From assembly GCF_006345805.1 (NCBI RefSeq), contig NC_043000.1, positions 34,844,001 through 34,908,000 of the forward strand: a DNA stretch of 64,000 nucleotides, given 5' to 3'. Each line of letters opens with the position of its first letter. The first letter of the stretch is position 1. Origin of the DNA: Octopus sinensis. Its lineage: Eukaryota. The notes under the pieces are model-generated. The model was not told the origin of the DNA, made no database searches, and saw nothing but the letters and a program-made list of their open reading frames with translations. Shown piece by piece: positions 50,766 to 63,919 of this stretch. The position numbers and the translations under genes were made by a program.

Positions 50766-53700
50766 ACCATCTCTTATATGTCTGTAAGATTAGAGATGTT
50801 CAGCTGGAGAGGGCTGTAGGGGACGAGGCTGTATGCAAGGGCAATTATGCTTTTGCTTGGCTTGACGTGTCTTTTGAAGCACAGCAAACTGCCAGGAATC
50901 TTGGTTCCCTATATATGCTTATGTTTGACTGTGAACACAGTTTCTATTGAAAAGTATCATCACCTTTCTCTCCATATTTTTGAACTGGTCAAAAATTTGG
51001 AGAAGTTTAGTAAAATAACTTTTTAATGACTTCTTAAGAAGGTCCTCACTGAAAACTTGTAAGAGGAATGTGAAAAAACAAAACGAATTAAAATCTTAAA
51101 CTTATTTAACATTGAGATTTTAATTGAAATATGAACATTTCGCTCATGAATTTGGTTGAGTCCAGAGGTCTGTTTTATAGTGGTATCAGATTGATTAAAA
51201 GGCTTCTCTAAATCATTTACTTGCCAGAACAGTTTTCTATGTGAGATAAAACTGAATTTGTCTCTCAGTATGAACAACCAGCCTTCATGTAGAAATGAAA
51301 GACAGAGAGTGTATTAGAGATTACATGTCTTCTGAAAGCCATTACTTTGAAGCATTCATTAATTGTACAGAGCACTTGCTGTTTATAGAAACTAATCTTA
51401 CTTATTTAGAGAGTCTATTTGTAGGCGAACTCTGTGTAAACAAAATGTTTTTGCCATGGATAGAGTATAATACTGGAGATAGGGTGCAATCAGTTGATGT
51501 TTTAGTTAAGAAGCACCAGATGAATTCACACGAGCATATTATCTGTACACATGCATGCACGCACACACACAGTTTTCAAAATCTGTTCGTGTCTTCCCAT
51601 ATTTGTATACTTGGAGTCAAGCATTGTACTGCATGCATGCATGACTACACACATTCTGTTGTTTCTCTACTTTAAAATGTGGTTTGTAAGTTTTCATTAC
51701 TTTGAAAAGACTGGGTAAAAAAAAATACTTTTAGACAGGCAACTAGTATATTGGAAGGCAATATTCAGGGTGGACTATTTTTAGCTAGGGCTACTTGATT
51801 TTCGCAAGGATTTGCATATTCCTGTCCCACCCCCCTAAAATACTATTCATGTGCATTTATATATATATATTTGTGTATTTGCTTATGCATGTGCTTATTC
51901 TTATTCATGTCCGTTGTCTAGCATGTTCTTTCCAAATCTGCATCTGTTCATCACCCAGATTTAATATTACTCCTCCTTCAATCACTTGGTTTTCATTCAC
52001 TCATTCACCCCATCATACATACTCACCATCTCTTTTGTTTGCTGTATCACTCTGCCAGTGTTGTTAATGAATACAAGGCCTCTGGATAAATACTATCACC
52101 CTTTCTGTACTGCCAGTCATCACTCCCTCTTCTTTGAGCTACATGCTATTGACGTCCATCACACATTCTTACCAACCCTATTACTATCCAACAGTCTCTC
52201 TCTCTCCCCCACATCAGTGCAATCTTCATCCATGCTTCTTGATCTTTCTATCTTTACTTTCTCTTCTCTTTACCATCTTGAACACTTTACCATGATGATG
52301 CAAGCACATCATAAAATAGTGAGCAATCTTTATTCTTCTGTGATCCAAGGCTACCTCGCTACTACATCCAGTAAATTCATTGGCAAAGAAGCAGGGGCAA
52401 TGCAGAACTGAGTGGTTGTTTTAGAGTGGTAATGAGGACATGACAACTTTTCAAATGCTAGTACTGCAATGAAAGGTATCCGGTACTCTGTAGAATGGTT
52501 GGTAAATGAGTAGAGGTAATGAAGGGATGAGAGGAGTCTTTAGTTTTGACAAGAACATAACTACTGCTCTGGTACAGGTGCCTTGGTAAAATGTACCTTG
52601 TAGTCTTTTTAAAGTGGTTTGGGGGGAGAAGAAGGTCATCAAGCTAGAGAAAGCAGGCCAGAAATAGAGCTGTGATTGAGATGTGCTCATTTGATTCATC
52701 TGGTGGAGGGAATGCAGTGGATCTGAATGTGGACCAGGACCATGAAGAACTGTCTGATCCATGCCATCATGGAAAGAAATGTATGATGATGATGATGATA
52801 AATTATTTACACACTCACACACCACACATTTATATTCTTATCCTATATACATACATGTTTTATCCTGTATAAATACACACATACTTATCTTATACTCTAT
52901 ACACACACACACACATGAATATCTTGTCCTGTATCCCAACACATATATCTCACTCTCTCTTCTCCTTTATAATTTTATTTTCTCTGCCAGATTATCTTAT
53001 TTCAGAATTATCGGCAATTGATAGTTTTTTTGTTTTTTTTTAACTTCCATATTTTCTTTATTAAAGCAACCATCATCTTTTAACACAAATTCATTTTTGT
53101 TTTATATTTCTCTATTTCCTCCTCTTTGCTCTTATCTTCATCCAAATATATTTAAATATTGTGGATATTCAATTTTCTCCCTCTTTATTATTTAATTTCT
53201 CTCGACTCTTTGACACTTCATTGAAATTCTAAATACTTCCATTTTCCTCTTGACTTTCTGGATTTTTAAAAAAAATTTATATTTTCTATTTCAAATTAAA
53301 AATGGTGATATGCACAATAAAAATTCCATTATTAATAAGTACTTCTGTAGTGTCTCTATCATCTTTGTGTTTATCTATTAAGGCTGTTGTATCATTTCTG
53401 GTGAATTACACTGATGTAAGCAACTCATTAATTAACACTCATTCAGCTATTTTGCTTCTAGTCTCCTTATAACCCACCACACACACAAACACATTCCTAT
53501 TGCTGTCTTATGCTCTGGTTTTATTTCAACCTGTCATTGTTATATTGTCAATAAATATGTCAAAAATCAGATTTACTCTATCAGGCTAACTGAAAAGTTA
53601 TGTTGCAATCATTAAATTATATTGAACTGGTAAAATTAAATTGACAGGACTCTTTAATGAAATTATGTTGTTGTTTGTGTTTATAAAAGATTTGATGAAC

Positions 53701-53909
53701 TTTTCTGATAACTCTTAAGGAAAACTAAAAGGAAAGTATTCTTATATTTGTTACCTTGTTGTTTGATATTATCTCGTCTTTAATCAGTTATTAATATTTG
53801 AAATAATTTAACTGTTTTAGGTAGGAGTTGTGGGTATGGCTGTTTAAGTTTCAGGCTGTCTATAGAGAAGTCAACAGTCATCAGGCTGGTAATTTAATCC
53901 CTTCTATAG

Positions 53910-54093
53910 CCAAAGTGATGTCCCAATTCATCGGGCCATAATAGGGGGGTGCTGCAGAGGAAATACTGTTTACATTGCTGGATGTGAATTCTTTTATCTG
54001 GAAGTTAATGGAGCTGTGCACATATTGAGAAATATCTCTGATCACAGAAAGCCAGATGCTCCGACTACAGATGGCTTCACTCAAAATAGGAGG
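53910..54093 (+). CDS. Coding exon with Kelch-repeat-like motif: QSDVPIHRAIIGGCCRGNTVYIAGCEFFYLEVNGAVHILRNISDHRKPDAPTTDGFTQNRR
   Basis: Acceptor 'ttaatcccttctatag|' and donor 'AGG|gtatga' bracket a 61-codon frame, with stops just outside both splice sites; P-x2-R-x3-G-x4-GN-x-VYIAG has Kelch spacing (cf. generic LPTPRSGHGAAVLNGKIYVAG). Confidence 0.6.
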
Positions 54094-55013
54094 GTATGAA
54101 TTTTCAACATCACTCATGTTGTTACCCTCCCACTATTTTCCTATCATAATAGATTCCTCACCACTTCAAACAATAGATGAAAACTGTAACACCACATAGA
54201 AAATATTCCAATTTACAAGCTCCGACTGGAAAGAATAACCACGAAAACAATGAAATAATGAAACACTCTGAACTTAGATTACTTGTTTACAAAAGTACAT
54301 AAAGTTCATCATAAACTGGCCAGTCTGTTTGCTGCTGTACTTTCTCTTCTATCAACCTTTACTTAGTTGAAATAAAACAATATTTAGCTCATTCATACCA
54401 AGCTGTTTATCCAAACAAACACTTGTGAAACAAAATCAAATTCTAAAACCTCAGTATGTCAAGATTGTAATTTATTGCGGCTATACTCTGTGTTAACCCT
54501 TACAATTCCTGTTATGTATTGATCTATTGACAAACATCCAGAAACATATTGTTACTCAAGATCTCTTTATAAGATTATAACTCAGAAATTCTTAAGATTA
54601 TCGTTTTTCAGACAAACTTATCTGCAAAGATGGAATATTTTTTAATCCACATTATGTTGCCATTGATATAATCTCCAATAATAATAATAATCAGGTGTCA
54701 TATTGTTAGATATGGCCTTGTAGATAAATATGTTATTGTTATTAGTTTAAAAAGAAATGTGCCTAGTTTCACTGTAGTTTAGTGCTGTTTACGTATCCAA
54801 CAATAGATGTCTGGTGGTGACCAAACTAATCAAACTGATTTGATGTCTCCTAATCTGATTGTCCCATAATGTCTCATACAAGTACTGGATTGAGGAGTAT
54901 TCAATGCATTGATGAGGTAGCTGCTGGATATATGGGTGACTTTGGGATACTCAGTCAGTTATATCTGGATTGATCTATTGCTTAAACGTAACTATGGACT
55001 AGTCTACTATTTT

Positions 55014-55089
55014 CATGTAGACATGGATTGGCCAATTGTTTACATGTAGACATGGATTGGCCAATTGTTTACATGTAGACATGGATTGA
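55014..55089. repeat. 29-bp tandem repeat, about 2.6 copies (catgtagacatggattggccaattgttta)
   Basis: Two exact units plus an 18-bp partial. Confidence 0.95.
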
Positions 55090-55170
55090 CCTGTTGTTTA
55101 TGGCAATTGTGGATTATAATCTGTGTTTGGCAAAAGACTTCCTTGTATCTTTGGTCTATGCTGATCTTAC

Positions 55171-55289
55171 CTGTGAGGTGTCTGCTCATTGAAATTCTTG
55201 TGTCCTTCTATTCTGTATGTTCTAATCCGGCACTAATTCTTATCGAATCACCACCTGTTTTGTTGGCTTGTTTGACGAAGGCCAGCAGT
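55171..55289 (-). other. Candidate 5' UTR/first-coding exon ending ATG AGC AGA CAC CTC ACA G|gtaaga
   Basis: Strong donor, 'aagtttcag|' acceptor, several CpGs; all frames have stops upstream of the ATG. Confidence 0.25.
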
Positions 55290-55512
55290 CTGAAACTTCT
55301 AAGTCACTGTCACCCCATTACTTGTAAAAGTTTGATAAACATATACACTACTAAAATAATATTGTGTAATTTTTCAGTTTAATGTTAAATTGTTTATATA
55401 TATATATTGACATGAAAATATGTGTTTTATACATATATGTATATATGTACATATATATAATTGAAAATTTTGCCGAGGCATAGTGATACTATTAACCTGG
55501 CATTAGAACTCA

Positions 55513-55543
<31 letters not shown>

Positions 55544-55867
55544 TCTGAATAAAGCATTACTTGAGTATGAAGCATAATATGTAGCCAAATAAATGACAAA
55601 GGAACAGGAGTTTATGCAATGAATGTCTTTAGCTTACAACTGTTTCTTCTATTAGATGCAGTGCATTCATAGCTTTGTATCACTTGTAGCTTCCTTGGTG
55701 CATTTCATTTTTCAAGCTCTGACAAAGTTTGAACGTGATGCCCATACACTCGGCTCTGAGCATGCTGGATCTTACAGCCTAAACATTTGTAAGCTTTTGA
55801 AGTTCATTGAATAATCTCTTGTTTCTTTGTCATTTATTTGATTTCATTGTATGTACATGTGTGTGCG

Positions 55868-56426
55868 TGTGTGTGTGTTGTGGCCCTGCTGGGGCACTAG
55901 CTTGAAAACTTTTTAGTCAAATGCATCGATCCTAGTACTTAACTTTTTAAAGTCTGATACCTTTTGCTTAACTGCTAAGTTAAGGGAATGTAAGCACACC
56001 AACGTGAGTTGTCAAGTGGTGGTGGTGGTGGTGGGACAAACACAAAGGCACACACACTCACACACACACACACACATACATATATGCAATGAGCTTCTTT
56101 CAGTTTCTGTCAACCAAATCCACTCACAAGGCTTTGGTTAACCTGAACCTATAGTAGAAAACATTTGCCCAAAGTGCCACACTCTGGGGACTGAACCCAG
56201 GACCATGTGGTTGGGAAGCAGACTTCTTACCATGCCTGCACCTATATATATATATATGTGTGTGTGTGTGTGCGTGTGTGTGTGAGCATGTCTGTGGTTA
56301 AGCAGTTTGGTTCCCAGCCACATGGTTTTGGGTTCTTTCCCACCTTGGGCATTCACAAGGTTTTAGTCAGCTTGACTAAAACCTTGTGAATGAATTTGGT
56401 TGGTAGAAACTGAAAGAAGCCTGTCA
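55868..56426. mobile_element. Two SINE family B copies head-to-head (-, 55868-56242; +, 56285-56426)
   Basis: 'gaaactgaaagaagc' motif in opposite orientations around a (TA)n(TG)n tract. Confidence 0.85.
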
Positions 56427-56434
56427 TATATATG

Positions 56435-56479
<45 letters not shown>

Positions 56480-57073
56480 CTTTATATTTGTGTCTTAATA
56501 TTGCTATGAACTACAAACTATGATGTTGTCATCACTTGTTTTCCTCTTAATAAATTGTCCACTTGGTTTGCACCTTTGACGATTTGTGAAATAAAGATCC
56601 CTTACATGTTTTTTTAAAAAAAATGTCATTGTTAGCTACAGAAAGGACAACCAGCTGTAAAACATGGCCTCAGTTACACAGTCATGTATCCCATGCTGAC
56701 ATAGAAGAAGAGACATAAAAGCTACTGAATGAATGAATAGTGTATAGTTATAGGTTTGATGAGTGGTGTGTATGAAGCTCTCAAGCCTTTACTCACTTTT
56801 GTAACTTTCTGCCTGTTTGTGTGTGTGTAGATATATTTATAGAGGGATAAATATATTTGTGTGTGTGTATATAGTTAGACAGGTAGATAGAGATGTATGC
56901 ATGTGTGCGTGTATATATACATGTTTGAACATGTAGATAATGATAAATGTAGATATTTGTGTGTATGAATATTTGTGTGTGTATGTATATATATATATAT
57001 ATAATATATATATATATACATATATATATACACACATATATACATATATATATACACATATATACATATATAT

Positions 57074-57130
<57 letters not shown>

Positions 57131-57132
<2 letters not shown>

Positions 57133-58226
57133 AGAGTGAGAGTAGAGATGGTGTGAAGGGGAGATGTTTATGTCTATGTGGGGTGTGGGTGTGAAATGTG
57201 TTCTTATGTTTTAAACAAATATCGACAAATCAATGAAATCAATTTCTGTCTATTATATATCTTTTACTTCCCCTCCCCCCTCCCGCTTCCATTTTATACC
57301 TACTTATAGCTTGCCTCATCTCATAAATATACAACCTTTAACTTTTCAGGTACACTAATGTATCATTTTACACTCTCATCTCTCTACTAGTCTCTCTCTT
57401 CTCTTCATATGTCCATCTCTCTCTCCCTCTCTCTCTCCCTCTCTCTCTCCCTCTCTCTCTCTCTCACTTTTTTCTTTTTTTATTTATATATTTTATCTCT
57501 CTATCTTTGGCTAGTCTCTCCCAATCTCTTTACCTATGTGTTTCCTGTTGTTATTTATATTTTCCCTATTTATCTTCATCATCAATATTTCCTTGTTTTT
57601 ATTTTTAGATGTTCACTATCTTTGTTACTTTATATTTGTTGCTGCTTCTGCTGCTGTTGTTGTTGTTGTTGTTGTTTCTTCCCACCTCAGATTGCTCACT
57701 GTAGTGAGATACTAACCAGAGACTAAGTCTTTCATAAATAAAGATAATGCAACATTAATTTTAAAGCAATCAACCAACTCCCAAAGCTGTGTTAATGGTA
57801 GAAGCTCTTCAGGCAGGAACTTTTGTTATTGTGTTGTCTATAAATGCTGAATGGCAACTGACCAGAGCTTCCTCTAGCTATCATCTTGGCTATTTCTTGT
57901 TTACATTGCTTAATATCATAAAACATTTTATTGAAGAGAGATGTGGATAGATAGAGAAGTAAAGATTCATTTATAAATAAAATTACATATGAATACTTTT
58001 AGTCTAAATTATAGATTGGTCCTAAGCTGTTTGTGGATATACTAAATTATTTATATCTAAAATGTATAACAAACCAATTTTGTGTATTAAAACAGTATAT
58101 TTTTGGCACAAATAAACTATGTTAGTTGCCATATTCCCTAGACTTGCGAGACATCAAGCAGTATAGAGTGATGGCAGGACAAAATGAAATTATAGCTACT
58201 ATATTTAGCTTACAATAACTGTGCGC

Positions 58227-58297
<71 letters not shown>

Positions 58298-59453
58298 TAT
58301 ATACACACATATATATATACATATATACATATATACATATATATATACATATATACATTATACATATATATATATATAAGAGAGTGAGAGTAGAGATGGT
58401 GTGAAGGGGAGATGTTTATGTCTATGTGGGGTGTGGGTGTGAAATGTGTTCTTATGTTTTAAACAAATATCGACAAATCAATGAAATCAATTTCTGTCTA
58501 TTATATATCTTTTACTTCCCCTCCCCCCTCCCGCTTCCATTTTATACCTACTTATAGCTTGCCTCATCTCATAAATATACAACCTTTAACTTTTCAGGTA
58601 CACTAATGTATCATTTTACACTCTCATCTCTCTACTAGTCTCTCTCTTCTCTTCATATGTCCATCTCTCTCTCCCTCTCTCCCTCTCTCTCTCTCTCACT
58701 TTTTTCTTTTTTTATTTATATATTTTATCTCTCTATCTTTGGCTAGTCTCTCCCAATCTCTTTACCTATGTGTTTCCTGTTGTTATTTATATTTTCCCTA
58801 TTTATCTTCATCATCAATATTTCCTTGTTTTTATTTTTAGATGTTCACTATCTTTGTTACTTTATATTTGTTGCTGCTTCTGCTGCTGTTGTTGTTGTTG
58901 TTGTTTCTTCCCACCTCAGATTGCTCACTGTAGTGAGATACTAACCAGAGACTAAGTCTTTCATAAATAAAGATAATGCAACATTAATTTTAAAGCAATC
59001 AACCAACTCCCAAAGCTGTGTTAATGGTAGAAGCTCTTCAGGCAGGAACTTTTGTTATTGTGTTGTCTATAAATGCTGAATGGCAACTGACCAGAGCTTC
59101 CTCTAGCTATCATCTTGGCTATTTCTTGTTTACATTGCTTAATATCATAAAACATTTTATTGAAGAGAGATGTGGATAGATAGAGAAGTAAAGATTCATT
59201 TATAAATAAAATTACATATGAATACTTTTAGTCTAAATTATAGATTGGTCCTAAGCTGTTTGTGGATATACTAAATTATTTATATCTAAAATGTATAACA
59301 AACCAATTTTGTGTATTAAAACAGTATATTTTTGGCACAAATAAACTATGTTAGTTGCCATATTCCCTAGACTTGCGAGACATCAAGCAGTATAGAGTGA
59401 TGGCAGGACAAAATGAAATTATAGCTACTATATTTAGCTTACAATAACTGTGC

Positions 59454-59456
<3 letters not shown>
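57131..59456. repeat. Near-identical about 1.1-kb tandem duplication (57131-58227 and 58379-59456)
   Basis: Offset falls from 1248 to 1229 bp, accounted for by 16 nt of (CT)n and one GTT unit; no other differences seen by eye. Confidence 0.95.
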
Positions 59457-59487
<31 letters not shown>

Positions 59488-60832
59488 TATTCACAGAACT
59501 TATTTCTCTGATGTATACAGAAATGGAAGTAAGCAGATGGGGAGGTGTTTCTTTATGATTAACTTCATCCTATTGCTCAGCTAACAACTGCTTAGTGTGG
59601 TATTTTCAACCAAAGTACTGACACCTTTTGGTACGCTGCTAACACTGCCTGAAGGTGCTGCAAGATTTTCAATTTAACAACAATAATCCATAATTGGTTT
59701 GGGGGCATTGGTAAAATAAACTTCTAAAATGTTTCTGCTGCTCACTTGATTGAGAGAGAGAGAGAGGTGGAGTGTTAGATGAAATATTGGTCGTTTGTAT
59801 TGCATCCTCAATTCTGTTTTATCTCCATTGCAAGTGAAGACAACTAACTATTAAAATAACCTTGTCCTCTTGTATTAGAAGAAATTCTTCTGACTAGCAA
59901 TAACCACTTACAGTTTCTTCTGGTTTGATAGCTTACATGGGCTCTACTAGACTGACTTTTCACAGACACATTACGTAATGTTGAAATCTTCACCAGTATC
60001 TGAGGCAAGGCTTATAGAACAACTCATCATGGCTACTGTAACATTTGAAATATGATATCTGTTGGTAAAATGTTAAAAAAGATGAAATTAGTTTGTGTGT
60101 AAACAGTACAGCCAAATAGTCTGATATTTAATTAGACAATAATAATTAAATTCCTCTGTATATATATCATCATTTTATTTTATTTTTCTGAGATGTTTGT
60201 CTTGGCATATCCAAAGTATTGATAGGTGTATGGTGTGTTGATTGATTGCTAGGGTGCAGTTTATTCCTTGCTGGTTTTGCTTGGGAGTCAAGGTGGAAAC
60301 GGCAAAGATTATTACTCTGGAGAAACCTTTGCTGTAGCAGCAACCACAAAGAAGTAAACTTTCTCAATTCATACAATTAAAAATATTCTTGCAACTTTGA
60401 GCACCTTGATATAACACATTATTGAACAGGGGCCATTCTAATAACTATAATCTTTAACAAATTTAATTTCTGTTAGTTTGGGAAATAAATTAGGGTGGAC
60501 ATAGAAACCTCTAATAATGACTGCAGTAAATTAACAAGGGAGTCTTCATGTAGTTGCTTTAGCAGTTAGAAATAGCAGTTAAATATTCTTTATATTACAT
60601 CCTTTGCCACCTTAAAAATGGAAGAACTGTGCAAAGGAAGAACATTTATAGCTGGAATATTTTTGACTTTAGCTTTGCTTCAGTAGAGTTAAACAATAAA
60701 TAATTTCATCAAAGTTTGAAAAACTTATAACCATATTAACAATAGATTCCCTCGCTCTCTCTCCTATAGAAAAATAATGTTTTGATGAATGTACAAGAAA
60801 TATATAACCAGTGCATAATCAATCCAATAACA

Positions 60833-60895
<63 letters not shown>

Positions 60896-62334
60896 ACACA
60901 TATATATATATATATGTGTGTGTGTACACATATATATATATACATACATACACATATATATAATTCTTTTACAAATAACCTTAGTTTAGTTTCATGTGGT
61001 ATGATTTTTTTCTGTTTTAAGATAAAATTTAAACACCTTATGATAAAGTTTACTGAACATTTTTGGACATTCTTAATAAGAAGGGTATTAGACCTTAACA
61101 TTTCCAATAAAGGTTTTTGGGTTCCCATCTCAGAGAAAAAAAAACAATATATAATTTTACATATTCTAATGTAGCATATAATACACATACTGTTATGCAT
61201 ATGTATTTAAATATCTATTACACACACACACACCTATATAATTATTGTTTTTTTTTCACTTCCCACTCACACATCAATAAATACATGTGGATGTAGGTGT
61301 GTGAAGCAAACTCCCATATTGAGTCCGGAATGTGGTTTGCCTCTTTTATATACCTGTGATTTCCAGTTGAGTCTCTCCACCTGACATTTCCCTAATGTCT
61401 TTATAAACATTTCTTTGATGTTAACTCAGTGATCCATTAATGACTTACAGGACATATTTTTTTTCCCATGCACAAGTACATATGCTAAACGCCCCCTCCA
61501 CCACACCCTCATCGCCCCCCCTTCAGGTGCACCCCCTCCCATCATCACCCACACACACTCGTGTGCATTTTTATGCATACATGTATACATATAGATGCGT
61601 ACATACATATATGTGTGTATTCGGCAATGAGCAAAAAAAGAAGACTATACAGCTGGGACAGATTTTAGCAAATGTAGTTTTATTTTGATTTTCAAAAAGA
61701 AGGGGAAAGGTCTTGACGTTTCAGTGGGTGGTCTTTCATCAGAAGGAAAAGGAAAAAATATTGAAAGAATGAGACGAAATGGTTTGAAAAGAAAAAGAAA
61801 AAATAAAACAGCGAGGTGGGGCTGGAGACCAAGTGAGAATGTGGTTCTATGGGGGAGAGTAAGGAAGAGAGGAGTCCAGCAGGATGTTATGTGCATTTTA
61901 GGACAGCCTCCATATATAGGAATGTTACTGTGCTATATGTGTGGCTTGTTGAGGGGTGTGTGAGTATAGTGGTGGTGTAGATATATATATATGGGTGTGT
62001 TAGTGTAGTGGTGGTGTAGATATATATATATGGGTGGGTGTGTGGGTGTGTTATATATATAGAAATTGCCAGCTTTGTGCCAACATTAGGAGTATTGCCT
62101 CATGGAGGCAATGATAAATGACCAAGACCTTTAGCATTATGCCATGCATGAGATGAAGACCCATCAAGCAAAGAATAAATCATAATTGGTAGAACACCGG
62201 ACTAAATATGTTGAGGTTATTTGGTGAGAAACCCCGGAGATTCTGAGTTGGAATCCTGTCAAAGTGCCGGTCAAATCCTGATTTCATTTCAAATCATGTG
62301 ATTAAACTCCTTCCTTTAAAATATGTGGCTGTTG

Positions 62335-62720
62335 GACTGTAATAAAGACCAGCAAGTATTTGTTCTCCACATGTTTTGAGTTGAAACCCTGCCGAAGTCA
62401 ATTTTGCCATTCGGCCCTCCAGCATCAATGAAATAAAGTACCAATTTAGTACAAGGGTCAATGTTACCAACTATCTCTCCACATCCTCAAAATTGCTGGC
62501 CTTGTCTTGAAATTAGAAACAGTTACAGGTGCATTGCATATTGATAGACTGATCTGAGTGTTGTATAAAATACTTTGCATTATTTTTAGTCTCTCTGTCC
62601 TGAGTTCAAATCCTGCCTTCCATGCCTGTGCTCTTGATAAAAGCACTGGGACCAGTAGTATCGACTAACCATGCCTTTCCTTCAAAATTGCTGGCCTTGT
62701 GCCTCAATTAGAGACCGTTG
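62335..62720 (+). mobile_element. Two diverged SINE family A copies in tandem
   Basis: Repeated tail 'tcaaaattgctggccttgt...aattaga' at about 62488 and 62683. Confidence 0.7.
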
Positions 62721-62899
62721 GGGTGGTGCGAATGGAGAGCAACAATTTTTTGATATGTAAAATCCAAGTTTTGGTTTCAAATTCCTGTTGGAATTGCTTC
62801 AATTAATCCCTTTTGGCAAGTGTAAGGAGCACAACTATTTCTTTTCTCTTGGCTATTTTGTATATTTACAATAATAAAAATAATGATAGTAATATATAT

Positions 62900-62957
<58 letters not shown>

Positions 62958-62961
62958 ATAG

Positions 62962-63390
62962 CATCATCATCATTGTTGTCATTTAACGTCCACTTTCCAT
63001 GCTGGCATGGTTTGGATGGTTTGACACGGACTGGCAAGCCAGATGGCTGCACCAGGCTCCAATCTGATCTGGCAAAGTTTCTACAGCTGGATGCCCTTCC
63101 TAATGCCAACCACTCCGAGAGTGTAGTGATTGCTTTTTACATGCCACCGACATGAGGGCCAGTCAGGCGGTACTGGCATCGACCATGTATGAATGGTGCT
63201 TTTTATGTACCACCAGCACAAGAGCCAGTCAGCTGGCACTGCCAATGGCCATGCTTGAATGGTGCTTTTTACATGTCACTGGCACAGGAGCCAGTCAGGT
63301 GGCACTGCCAGCGGCTACACTTGAATGGTACTTTTTACATGTCACTGGCACAGGAGCCAGTCAGGTGACACTTGAATGGTACTTTTTACC
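62962..63390 (-). mobile_element. RTE 3' end with 66-bp tandem array
   Basis: 'gaatggt' unit starts at 63191, 63257, 63323 and 63374 (last unit shortened by 15 nt). Confidence 0.92.
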
Positions 63391-63421
<31 letters not shown>

Positions 63422-63818
63422 ATATATGAATATATATATATATACGTATATATGTGTATATGCATATATGTACGAATATATATATATATATGTGTGTGTG
63501 TATATATGTATATATATGTGTATATATATTTATATATATATGTGTGTATGTATATGTGTACATATGTATGTATATATATATGTGTATATATATTTATGTG
63601 TGTGTGTGTGTGTGTGTGTATGTATACATATGTATATATGTGTATATATATTTATATATATGTGTGTGTGTGTATGTATACATATGTATATATGTGTGTA
63701 TATATATTTATATGTGTGTGTGTGTATGTATACATATGTATATATGTGTATATATATATTTATATATATGTGTGTGTGTGTGTCTGTATACATATGTATA
63801 TATGTGTATATATATATT

Positions 63819-63859
<41 letters not shown>

Positions 63860-63919
63860 ATATGTATATGTTTATGTATATATATATATGTATATGTATA
63901 TATATATATGTATATATAG
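63391..63919. repeat. About 530-bp compound (TA)n/(TG)n tract with a higher-order unit
   Basis: '(tg)n tatgtatacatatgtatatatgtg (ta)n tt (ta)n' repeats four to five times from about 63600. Confidence 0.9.

Noticed and set aside
53881-54117. 78-aa minus-strand ORF
   Set aside because: Exact antisense register of the plus-strand exon, which has splice sites at both frame limits; treated as a shadow ORF, although not formally excluded.
59597-60353. Kelch-like snippets CGIFNQSTDTFW and GCSLFLAGF downstream of the 53910 exon
   Set aside because: Spacing and phases do not chain convincingly; likely chance.
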